A stretch of 54,405 bases of DNA, taken from NCBI GenBank assembly GCA_000934665.2, contig KZ538682.1, positions 1 to 54,405 of the forward strand, in the 5' to 3' direction. How positions within the stretch are numbered: the first letter of the stretch is position 1; each line of letters starts with the position of its first letter. This document shows, piece by piece, positions 1 through 12,600 of the stretch. The position numbers were made by a program, and so were the translations under genes. This stretch comes from Catajapyx aquilonaris. Taxonomy: Eukaryota. A model generated the notes under the pieces. It did not search any database and was not told where the DNA came from. It saw only the letters and a program-made list of their open reading frames with translations.

Positions 1-93
1 CGTTTCCGGACACGGGTTCCTATGTCAAAAATACTTGTCTTGGTCCCCTCTATTATCCCTGAAAGTCTTTGCAGAGTTACAATAGACACCCTG
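1..93. mobile_element. Right end of a Tc1/mariner-type element, cut by the window edge
   Basis: Ends ...GACACCCTG|TA, the CAGGGTG terminus plus TA target seen on complete elements at 39023 and 53241. Confidence 0.6.
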
Positions 94-1249
94 TATAATA
101 ACCGTATGTTCATAAAGGAGTGTGTCGAGAGCATGCTGGTAAAAGTGTAAACACCGTCCTGAGTAGGGGCTACTGCTCCAAGCCTCCAATTGAGACGGAA
201 TGGCCACCACTGCACTCTCAAAAAACAAAACAAAAAACAATGGAAATAAGCCACACACGAATTTCTAATCACTAATTTTATTCACAACCTTTTTTCACTT
301 CTATTAAAGTATTCCCACTGTACAAAACTTGCTGTAACATTGAATTTGTAACAATAACTGGTATTGACGATCATTGCTAACAGTGCATGAGAAAGGAGTT
401 CTGTTTTCAACTAAGCAGTTGTTATGCAATCTATTTTCTGTAACAGAATATGACAGAATACGTCGTATTACTGTATGTAGCAAGGCTAATATAATGCATG
501 ACGTGAACCAGCGACAGGCATTCTTGCCTGAATATATTTTACGAAGAAATAATTTCGATTTGTCCAAGATGTCATTTAGAAAATAATGAACATTATTGAC
601 GGCTTCCAAGTAACAAAATAGGTACCGGCTTGTGAAAACGACCGGCTTGCAAAGAATAGTCATTGATGTTGTAAGTCGAGTTCAAAGGTTACAAGATGGG
701 CGATTTTTTGTTTCTGAATTGATTGAACAGTTTGGTTCTAAGAAATGGGAACCAGTTCACGAAGAAATTTCCTTTAGTAATGAAATTGGCTATACCAAAA
801 AAAGGAAGTGCGGGACCCGTCTCTTGAGTTAAACCCCATCGAACATCTTAATTATTTTGATAATCGACCTGACACACTTCCTCCCCCTCTCTTTATGATG
901 GATTTCTCCCTATCTTGGCCTGCTTGAATTCCTTTGTCATTAGATAAGGAGTGAAGTGAATCATAGTCGACAAGCAGATATACCCTCCGACTCTTCTTTA
1001 GCCTATACATCCACAATAGACTTCTCCGCTAAATAACAATGAACTTGTTTGCGACTGATTACGCTTCATTCACATGGTCAAGATGGAATGGGATGGTTTT
1101 GATAGTTTTTGTCTTCTTAAGAGAAAATGGCCAATCACATTCTTGTTCAGCCTTGAGGTAACTATAGTGTGCACGTAGAATGATAAACGGAATGTTCTTT
1201 GGAAAAAAAAAATGCTCTTCTTCGACTTTAAGCACCCATTAGAAGCGTA

Positions 1250-1400
1250 CCAGAATTTACGAAGCCAGAGCAGTTTCACATTGCCATTTGCTCTGTTTTC
1301 GATCATATGAAACACCATGTCAAGAGCAATAATAACATTATTTTGTTGCAGTGACGGACTAATTAACATCCTACACCGTTGTAGATAGGTGAAAGGCTTT
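1250..1400 (-). pseudogene. Possible decayed piggyBac-type transposase C-terminal Cys-rich fragment
   Basis: One minus frame reads K*CYYCS*HGVSYDRKQSKWQCET, resembling the C-x2-C...R-x2-S-x-W-x-C motif. Short and interrupted by stops. Confidence 0.3.
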
Positions 1401-2057
1401 CCTGGATCCGGTTGCTAGCCTCAGGTTATGTGCTGTGTGCTGTGCTGGGCCACGATTTGACCAAGCACACAATAGCCTGGATAACTGTAGGCATGGAAAT
1501 TGGATGGCTGCAAGCAACCTAATTTCACTGCCAAGGTACAACATGTTGTTCAGCCTGTGTTTCAGACCCAAACTTGGAAAATGCAGTATTATGAGAACGT
1601 GAAAGCAAGTTGAAGTGGGCTGAGAAAGCCATCCTTCAACATATGGAGCGCTTTTTAACTGCAAATGCGAAACGCTGTTTGATTTAGTCTATATAAATGC
1701 ACAATATGCTAATAATTTATTTGAAAAATAGGTTATAGTCTGTTTATATTGTGCATGATTATGTCTACATTGATTGATGTAAAATGGAACTAGTGAAGGC
1801 AGTCAAAAATTGCATCCAAGTAAGAAAAATATTAATCCACAATTTAATTGGTCTAAGGAAAACAACGCAGGCCATGATGCCAAATCTAAGGTTCCTTTCC
1901 GTCTGTGATGTGGACATCCTCACACAAGTATATAATGAAACCATTGTCACTGGCTCATTGCATGCACTGTAACTGTTCAAATATAATAAATTTTTTTAAA
2001 TGTCGATTCGTTTATAAAATCTGAATTTTTTTAAACTTCAAGTTGATTTCAGCTATT

Positions 2058-2207
2058 CTGGGAGGGGAGCACTGACCTCAGTAAAACCTATCTGGTCGAA
2101 TTGAACTTGTTATTAATAATTGTTGACAAAAACTAACCAACAATATTAATAACAAGCACTATCCGGCCGGATTGGTTTTACTAATGTGGGTGCTCCCCGT
2201 CCTCAGG
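2058..2207. repeat. Degenerate foldback / old MITE
   Basis: Nested inverted matches: ggggagcac/gtgctcccc, agtaaaacc/ggttttact, cttgttattaata/tattaataacaag. Confidence 0.55.
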
Positions 2208-5200
2208 CAGGTTTGTACAGTACCACTGTCTGTTTTCCTATTTCAGTGAATGTTTGGCCATTACCATGGTGACGTATTACAATCACATTGTAAGCAACCC
2301 TCAAACTTACACTACAATAACTATGGAATAGACAGACCACAGATTATTTCCGTATGGTTTTTCTTTACTCATTGGTGGCAAGAAATCTAACAATTAATCC
2401 ATGCATTTACATAACGGCTTGTCCCTAATTGAAGGGTTAGCCAGCGATAACGAGAAACCACAATAAGAACTTGCTGAATTCCTCGTTAGCAATAGTTTAA
2501 AACCATGGTAGGCTACATCCTCTAGGCCTAGGCCGGCAATCTACCAGGAAGGTGCAACTCGGCCTCCGTTGTATTTCCTTTTACCGATCCAATTGCGTTC
2601 TATACTGCACCTTTTAAACCTGATAATAAGTGTCATGCAATTTAAAGCACCTTTCTATTTGGACAATGATTTTTTTAAATGAAACAATTGGTACAAGAAA
2701 ATTTCACGCGACGCATTCATTTTCTTTTCATTTTGATTGTTCCCATCCACAAAGCACCATATTATTAAATCCTTATTTATTATTTAATGTTGAAGATTCC
2801 CAATAATACAGTACTGTGAGCCGTTTTCCAACAGTGAAAATTGATTTATCATAAACACTCTGTACACCGCGGAGTGGGATGAAAAGGTCTCGAATTAAGA
2901 GGCCCTTCGAATTTCTAGGACAAAACTTCGTTAGTAGTTATCTTTGGCAATTCAGGCTTTCAATTCTTGTGACTTATATTATTATCGGAGCGAGAGTCAA
3001 AATTATTACTGCTGGGAGTGATAGGCAGGTTTCAATGCTTTAATTCCTCCACAAGCCATGGAATTCATTATTCTTCCACTGAAAAAATTCAATAACTCGG
3101 ACTTACCGAGTGCAAACCAATATATTAATAATAGGACTAACTTATGTGAAGTCCTTCTACTGAGCACGGCTTCGGAAATGACTACTTATACTGTGGCGCA
3201 ACAAGAGATGCACATCTTTTATCACAACATCCTTCCAAGAAACCTGGCTTATAACCAGGGTGTTCAAATGGAAATGTCCGTAGTAGCCACTCAACTACTT
3301 ATTTTTGGTGGTTATTAAAAATATAAGCTGCTCATAATTATTAGGTGGACCCATCTCTTTAAAAGCATGTACAAAGAGCCTGCAAAAGTGATTTCTATGA
3401 TTGGCATTATTTTGATGTCAATCGCTCCAATGGGGAATCCCCAATCAAAAACTCATTGCAACTCACATCTTGAATACAAGCTTGAATATGTGATTCAACT
3501 GGACTTAATATTAGCGCTTATATTTTTGATAACAAATAAAAGTAACTACTTAAAATAAGTAGTTTAGTGCCAAAAATTGTTCATAACTAAGGGCATTTCA
3601 ATTGGAATAGGACTGATACTGAATAACATTAAAATATGAGAAACATTTGTTATATTTCAAGCTGCAAATGTTATCAGTTAATTCCGATATACGGTATATG
3701 TTGCTTTAAATGCATTGAATGGCAGGGTTTTCTGCACCAAGTTGGCAGTGTTCCTAATGCTCCAGTCGTGCCGACTTTACAGTATTCTGCAGTAAGGTTC
3801 TCTTCCTTGACGTTGACACTGAAGTTGGATTACAGAGCCAAAAAGGGTTAATGACCCAAAAAAATGTGACTTTGATTCTACAGCCATGGTTTGAAGATAA
3901 CTACCGTATCGCAGGTAACCCTTTTCTGTCCTCCAGTAGTGGGATGTTAATCGTAATATCAAACCTTAGGATACTCGAAGCCATGGGTAGCGAATTGTTA
4001 CATGAATTGAAAATGAAGAGCTCCTTTCCAAAACAACCTAAGTCACCTTTTGCGAAATTTCACCATCGATTTTAGTGCAATCACCGTAACTAGTAACATA
4101 CAATAGTTAAACTATGTGATATCAGGAGTGAACAAATATATTGGTTACACCTAAGCAGTGCTGTAGTCCTACAAGCAAAATGTGGCTTAATGTTTGGCTT
4201 GCGTTTGTAACAACGTAGATCGGTCTCCAATAAACCTTTAGTCGACAGTTTCCAATGGACACTGCCATGCAAAGTTAACGGAAAATAGGCGACATGCGGA
4301 GGAGTATGTGGATATGTGGAGATCCGTATCAATTGTGTCTATAACCAGCATCCCCTATAATATTGGAAATAATGGCAGGACACCGCGGTCGATCTCCGAG
4401 CATCCCTCAAAAAGTGCGACACTCACTGTACACCAGAAAAAGCGAAAAAGTTACAAAACAATATGGAAGAAGGATGGCCTTCCTGTTTTCTTCAGACCGT
4501 ATGGGACCCTTCTTATATTTCTATGTAAGAATATTTGGCACAATTTTTTAAATACATAAAATCACAGCGAACCTCAATCATGGGACATGGTCAGATTTGA
4601 AAGCGCCAGAAATCCCTTTCATATAATTAATTATTTTTCTGCCACAGACTGCTGTACGCGCGTTCACATTTGCGCTTCTCTACATAACTTATATGACAAC
4701 AGCAACCTTTTCGATTCCATCTAAAAGTGACTAACATAATTTTGAAAAGATGCTCTTCAAATCAGAACCGAGTTAAAACGAACGCTACAGCATGAATCCC
4801 GCACCACTCACTATGTCAGTCACAGTATTATAACTGAGGTCTTCCTCTCCTGACAGGAACGGGCTGGCTCAAGCAACAGCACACAAAGGAATTAGACAGA
4901 TACAATGTGGAGAACCCGCCGTGAGACTCATAATGAGGGCATGAAATCACTGTTGAATAGCCAAAGTAGGCATATTAGTGATTTACATCTCACGTGGGAT
5001 ACTCTGATTTTCCACTGTCAGTTCTATTTGTACAATAGTCGATGGTCAACAAGCGACGGGAACTCAGACGTTACATCGAGCCGAAATGAGCCGATTATTA
5101 TCAGGCATTTTCAGACAGAAAATCTTGTCACTATAGGGGAAAGCTATTTGCCTTTCTGCCGCAAATTTCATCCATACGGCAATATTTGAAACAATGACAT

Positions 5201-8200
5201 GGGTACGCATTGCTATTATTGACAAAATGGTACGATATAAGACAAAATAAAGTACCATCATCATGTGGGCCATGATCATATTAAAAATGCAGGGAAGGAT
5301 ACGATCACATGGTTCGAATTATTAGTTCATTTTACAGTTGACCGTTTGAATATGTCTACAAATGACATAGGCCTATAGGATTGCAAACATGGTGGTGCTT
5401 CAAACATTTATTTTGAATACGCGGTTAAAGGGGCTAAATTTTTTTATTTTGTTATCTTCCAGACCCTATTTTGTGATAATTTGACGTTAAAGTATATTAT
5501 TTTCTCAAGAACAAAAAGCGCGTACTGTATACGTGCCTCAGGAGAATGTTTTCAACTATTGTTCTTAAAACACGGCATCTGCTAGGTATACTCTCCAGTT
5601 GCGCACAGGTTGCGTATAACTTAAAATTTGTTTGAAGTAAGAGTCTTTCGGACCATTTGTTCAGAGGTTGCGCACAGTCGCATTTTATAAGTGTATTTGG
5701 GAATGGTATAAGAATTATACAGTATTTCATAGCACGACTTAATTAAGCTCAAAATAAATGTGAAATACGACCGTATATGCACTCCAGAATAAATGATTGG
5801 CCACTGACCCGTTCTAACCGGTTGCACTGACAATTTATTGCCAACCGACGTAACAAGTTGAGCCGCATAAGTGGGGGTTTGAATCAGATGACAAACCGAA
5901 CTGATATGGTGCAATCATGACCGGTGATTTTTTATTGCGTGCTTTTTTGTTTCTAACCCTGCTTGGGAAGTTGGAAGGGAAGCAATGAATGTTTTATTTT
6001 CAGAACTGAATAATGGATACGGCAGAGGAGTTCCCTTTAACAGTGTATCCCCTTGGCCAAAATCTTCCAACTTGGCTGAAAACAGTCAGGATGTTTACGA
6101 CGACATTTATAAGTCTGTCCTACATCCTAGGAAAAAATATATAACTTATATATATATATATATATATATATATACTGAGGCAGGGCGTTGGGGTAAATGG
6201 GAGAGGGTAGTTGTAAGTGGGGGAATGGTCGGTGGCTGAGCAGACCCTAGTTTTATGCCCAAGAATGAGTGACAAATGGTCGATTAAAGATACTTATGAT
6301 AGGACCTACTAGCGTGCTCTATACCATCGTAAACGGATGGTGCGTTTCTTTTTCTCTTCATATTTTCCTTCTTTCGCGTCGAAAGATTATTCTTGTCGTA
6401 TGTGTCTGAAACCGGATGGCATTTCACAAGGATTGTTACCGTCAAACGAGGGGAGATTGTGCCATGCGGGGAGAGATTGTGCCAGCGCGTTTTATGGGAC
6501 AACGACTCACCCTACTGGCAGCAGGCGTAAACTAGCGAAATTAGGCATATTCTATTACATTGATATATGTACAAGGTTGACAATCACGAAGAGAATTCGC
6601 GATTTGTTGCTATAAGGCCCACAAAATAAATTATTGTTGAAATTTTGATTTTATTCCAGTTTTGCACTTGGTGGTATAGTGTTTGTTACCGCGAGTGGCC
6701 GGTTGCTTCTCGTTACCAGGTAAGTTAATATTTCGATAACCACATTAATGAAGGTAGTATATACGAGTTGACGGTTTTTGAATCTGCATATGTTCTTGAG
6801 CTATGACCCAATGAATGAAAAAGGGGGACTTGACGAGGAGAGATTATGCCACTGTTTTTTCCCCCATTATTTCACTGATTTTCATGTGTGACTGTAATGA
6901 GAGGAGTTTACCTGAAGAAGATCGGGGGGAGGCTTTGGGGTAATACCAACATTCTGCGATGAAAAAAGAGTAGATAATTGGATTTAACAAAAATAATACT
7001 GCAACCAGCGCCACTAGTCGCGGCTACGGAAGAGAACATCGAACCTGATCGAACCGACTGCGACCGAGGTACTGACAAATAAAAATCGGATGGCCCACGT
7101 ACGGCCACCTTTTTCGAAGGGAAAAATGAATCCAATTGCATTTTTTCATAATTTTGAGCCAGTGACTTGGACAGATCATCATGTGACTATAAACAATGTG
7201 TTTTATCGAGGTGAACCCATGACTCGTTTCCTATTTATTTCAAGCATTTAAATAGGGTGGCCAAATCTCAACCAATTGACGGGGTGAAATTGTGGCACGG
7301 AAAATAATTTATATCTCCCCTCCCTTAGTATATAAAAAATATTTTCAAGTATCATCTGAAAGATGAGATTTGAAGCAATGTTGCATAAAATATTCGTTCC
7401 GATATATCAATTACTCTGGTTTTCTTGCCAGGAAAACCTCCAAAAGTGGCACAATTTCCCCCCCTCCCCCCCCGTTTGATGGTACATCATTTCACTGCTA
7501 CTGCGTTAAAAATTGTCACTGAGCAGGGTTTTTGGCCAGAATATCATATACGGTCTTTCTAAAGAACACGACAATTACCACTCATTTGTTGTCATAGAGT
7601 ACTCTTCAAAATGGCCACTTAATATTATTAAGAATAGCTGTATCGGAATTGTCACAAGTATAATATTATCCAGCATTACCATCACCCAAATTGGATATAA
7701 AATAAATTGGAGTTTTGGAAAAATATTTTTGAATGTCGCCGCTGTTGGTAATGGTTGGTAACATTCGGGAAAATTCACAGTTGCATCACGTGGACAATTT
7801 GAAATCCGTTAGATGGCGTCTTCCAAGATGTGCGGGGAGATATTCCATCCGGAATGGTTACCTGATGCCATAATTTTACGGGACCTGTAACACCACCCGA
7901 ATTTCGTATTTTATGATCAGTTTATGTCAACAGCAGTGAGGCTCTGAGGCTGTCGAGTCTCCGGTGAATACGTGTATTGTGTACGTTGAAAATGTGAGTT
8001 AGCTTGTTGAGTGGAATGATGGTGATGACGGTGTGATGGGGATGATAATGGTAAGGATGATGATCACGTGGTTGTAAACTATTTTTCAGGTTTTAACGGT
8101 TGACTACAAAATGCATCATTACATAATGCACTGCATTGTGCAGTATTAGCAAAGTTACGTACTTTACATGCTGAGAAGGACTAGTCAAATGGAAGATCAT

Positions 8201-9056
8201 AATCACCATTTAGCAACAAGTATGTTCAAATAACACCCTTACAATGTCCGCGATTACACAGAGAAATGACTCTAACGCCTATTCCAGACATTTTTTTGCA
8301 GTTTAATTTATTGTTTCTCCTCTCGGGTATGACAATGCTCATTCCGCAGGTTGTACGTTCCAAGGTCCAAGCAGACTATTAGAGACCGAAATGAATTATC
8401 ACACAATGTGAACGAGGTTCGAAAAAATGTGGACCCTACATAGAAAAATCCCCTTCCAGCTCCCTCTCCCTGTCGGCCTACAATTTTTCCTATGCTGCAC
8501 TCACAGGAATAACTTTCAGAAAATGAATTTTCCACCGCGATCAATAAGCGCGAGTGGACCTTTTCCCACATTCCTAACCTACCGTAACATAGGCTTGTGG
8601 AACCTGGCGGAATTGAGTAAGGGGTGGAGGATGGGGTGCTTGGAAGGTGCGGGGGCAACGATTGTAACCTGTACTCCTTTTGTTCATTCAAGTACACCTA
8701 TATGGAAATACAGTGTTTTGCAGAGTGCAGCACACTCAGGTCAATGGACCACTGATAGCAACTGATGTCCTAATGCGGGAGAAACGAGCCACATTAGTAT
8801 GAAAGCAAATTATCCGAAAGCTCCGATTATGTGCAGGTATTCACAATAGATAACTCGACATAATCGGGAGATTTTCTCATTAATTTGTTTTCATACAACC
8901 GACCCTAATTCGTACAGTCGAGGGTATAATTATTATTAGCTACAGTTGGCGTGGCCAGTGATGTATGTGATATTTTCCAACTTTGTTCATATGCTTCACA
9001 GCTTGTCTGTACAATTAACAATGCCATGCGTTTGTTTAACAATGGAGATATAAGCC

Positions 9057-9128
9057 GTTCCCCGCCGGGAATCGAACCCGGGACCATTCTCGAACATAAC
9101 GAGTGCTCTACCATTGAGCTACGGGGAA
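9057..9128 (-). ncRNA. tRNA-like cloverleaf (pseudo-tRNA or repeat-borne Pol III unit)
   Basis: TTCCCCG-TA-GCTC-AATGGTA-GAGC-A-CTCG-TTATGTT-CGAG-AATGGTC-CCGGG-TTCGATT-CCCGG-CGGGGAA. Perfect acceptor, D and T stems with A/B boxes, but the anticodon arm has only 4 bp and is out of the standard register. Confidence 0.7.
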
Positions 9129-9323
9129 TTGCGTTATCAAATGTTCCTGTATGATGTTAGGGGTGAGGTCACTCATGAACATTGTAGACCGAGGTCTATG
9201 TCAATATAGGCATCAATGTTATTCACAAGTCGTGTTCCTCGAACAATAAATGCAAATCGCCCGAGATTTTATTGAGTGTGTGGGTATAGGAAAGAAAGAA
9301 AATTGTGATGTACCGTAGGCTAC

Positions 9324-9457
9324 TGTATCAACAGTTCAAAAAGAACTGTCCCGTCTCGCGGGAAGCTCACACGTCAGGATGAACGGAACCCGTTCCGTTC
9401 ATCCTGACGTGTGGGCTGCCCGCGAGACGGGACAGATCATTTTGAAATGTTGATACA
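9324..9457. mobile_element. Short foldback MITE / hairpin
   Basis: Near-perfect inverted repeat across the whole 134 bp, centred on ggaac-cc-gttcc. Confidence 0.75.
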
Positions 9458-9571
9458 AGGTGGGGAGTGGGGAAGAGGAGACTGCATAGTCCTGAAACAT
9501 ACGGAATACCGGAAAGAAATAGTCACAGCATTGATTTGCCACTGCTCAAATATTCGCAGTTCCAAACTCTC

Positions 9572-9643
<72 letters not shown>
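9572..9643. repeat. (AAT)n microsatellite
   Basis: Pure AAT run. Confidence 0.98.
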
Positions 9644-9644
<1 letters not shown>

Positions 9645-12600
9645 TGGATTTTTGGAGAAAGGACGTGAGGTGGAATCGGCCTGAAGCTCCGAATAAAGAT
9701 TTCTGAACGCGATCATCATCCAGCCCCCATCCCGCCCCTAACTCCTATGTCACTGTCTGTCACGCCCCTAGCAGGTTGGCGTCATTGAAGAATGGCCCCT
9801 AAAACGCTTCGCTTGCTGTTACGAACTGGTGTGCCTATTCAAAAGTCTCTGAATGCCTGCCTGCAGCTGGATAGAAACGAAATAAAGAGAAGAAAAGTGG
9901 AATTAGGGAGGAGAGGGGAGTTTTTGAGTGAATCCCTACTTGTTTCCCCACATACGTATAATCGCTACTATTCCATGTCAGATAGCCTCCATCTGAGCAT
10001 TCAAACTGATAATGCCTAGTGAATATGACAGTTCTGAATGACAGCTATATTCCCCCACTCCCCCAAAAATAAAAAAGTGACGTCTGATGCGCATGAGTCA
10101 CTTGTAACGAATGATAGGCACTATACGATACGTTTGCAATTCAGAACATAGATGGATGCCTCCCTTTCCCATTCCACCCCCCACCCCCACCTCATCCAAC
10201 CAGAGCAAATCAATGGCTAACGCCATTATGAGGCTGGCCTACCTTAAGTCATGAATAAAATCCGGGGGCTGGATGGCATCAGTCGGATGTGAATGGTAAA
10301 TCTGTTCGGAAATAACCCGGAGGCGAAGTGGGAGGGGGAATGATTAATAAGCTTTGGGTGGTGAAGGTGAGTAGAGAGGGCGTCAGGTGCGAGGAAGGTC
10401 GATGGAGGTTTTGAGGTGATCAGAATTTCTGACACGTAGACAGTGCAGGTCGTTATGCGGAATGAGATGTCTCCTGAGACAATGGCGCCAGTCCTCTAGA
10501 GCTAATTTCTAGATGGAACCATAAGCAAAGTATGACGGCCCTCTCCTCATTTTGCATGCACCTGTATCTCCTCTCCATAATCTAAAGGGTCTGGAGGGTC
10601 CCAAATCAGATTGATCATCGGCGTGGTTTCGCTTGCTTTTCACGCGCATCCATTGCATAGATGGCGCTCCAGATTGCGGTGGTGGCCATCTTGGTTTGGC
10701 CCTCCCTTGATTGGTGCAAACCCGTTGAGAAAAGTTGGACGTAAGGGTTTGACCCAATCCAAATTTACGAGATCCTGCTTGCCGGTGTTGCCTTCTGGGC
10801 AGAAAATAATCCACCGCTCTGAATTGGAATCACGTTTCTAATAATTTCAGCAAAATCTGAAGAGGGCCCCCAGACAAAACGGGGTACATTTTTATTTCCA
10901 CGGCTGACTTCACGAAAGCGGTCTTGCGAAGAACCTAAAGTAATTGTTGGCTGCCTGCCAAAGCGATCGTACTGGAGATAACAGGGCGAAGGAATTAATG
11001 ATCTTCTACAGCATCAAATTGTATTCAGGCGTTGGGAGAGCTTCATTTCCATTTCGTCGCTTTGAATATTATGCCGAAAAACTGCGAACAACTGATACTA
11101 TGTGACGGGCTCAAGTCGCAAGAACTGTACTGCGTTCAACTTTTCAAAACAGGCAAAATTTTGTGCCCCACTTTCCAGACGCCATTGATGTTATGATTTT
11201 AATTATTAGCGTATGACGTATGGCAGAAGTTTAGGCGTATACTTTACATAGGCGGAGAGCATATTTTGTCAACTTGAGTGAGATCTCAGGAACTTCACAA
11301 TCTGGCCAGGTGTACAAAACGCCAATTTCCTAAAAGTCTTTAAACGTCTTCATATACGAGTTAATAGTTCAAAACTGATTTTGTAAAGATAAGTGTATAT
11401 TACAATGTGGCACAAAGGGCAAATGAAATGTGATTCATGATTCCCCAAGTTTGTCGAACAGTTTGTGAGAGATCACAGCACATAATTATTGCCCTGTTGC
11501 TATATAAATCAAAAAAGGGGACATGATCTTCGTACGTTCATATTTATTGCCATCATTCGCCTCCTGTAAACTCGATAGCCGTGACCCACCCAATCTGGCA
11601 GAAAGGCGCCTGACGGTTTCACGACCGATGAAGACATTGAAGAGTAACGAGTCGTGTGACATTTTGCAAGCCTGCGGCCGTGTGCAAAAAAGCAGTCGAC
11701 GGGCCCCAGTTCCCCGCACGCCTCCAGACGAATTATCTATTCCCCCGGCTCTTTCAACAAAAATAATGTCAGCTACCCTGTTCCCACATGACTAGGCGGT
11801 ACACAGTACGTACAGTACATTCCATCATCATGCAAGCTTTCCGGGCTTGGCACAGGCCGTGAAAACCCCTCGGGAGACCTTTACCCAATTGGCAAAAGAA
11901 GAGCATTATTGATGGATTGTAAGCCATGGACAAAAATGCACTGGAACCATGATCATAATCATCTCATTCGCTGAACTCGCCATCTTCTTCCTTCAGAAGT
12001 CCAAACATGCCAGCCCAGACTCACTCTGTTGACATGAGGGACGGATGAAGACCGGGTACCATCACCAGGGATCAAAGGATGATCATTTTTTGGCTGATCA
12101 TTTCCGGATGGCCACTTCCTAGATTCAGGACTTTTGCCGTCTCCAAGAGAAATGTGGAAGATGGAGATTTTAGTGGCTGTGCTATGGAGGATTTTGGGGT
12201 GATAGCGATAGTTTCTGAGGGACGGAGGTATAGACGGACAGAGGGACGGATAGATGGATGGATGGATGGATGGAAAAAAAAAAATCTGTGATATTGATCT
12301 CGGAACCGCAACGTACTGTTGATGGGCAGGGATGTAGGTGATTCTGCCACGACCGAGTCCCATTGCGACTCCATTTTTCACTGTCGGAGCGTCAAATTCG
12401 AACGCTGTTTTAATCCGGACGTTTGGGATTTTGTGGGGGTGAGGACTGGGGACGTATTGGATCAGTGGGTTGCGGAGCTATATGGACGAGCTGTGAATGT
12501 TATCAACGCTGTGCATCAAGACTACTACAGATTTTCACACGTCCTTAGGCACAGATAGTGACCAGTTATATTGGATTATACTGAAATATGATTGCTATAC

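Noticed and set aside
9057..9128. Functional tRNA-His(ATG) gene
   Set aside because: The anticodon arm is out of register with only 4 bp, and eukaryotic tRNA-His normally uses GTG.
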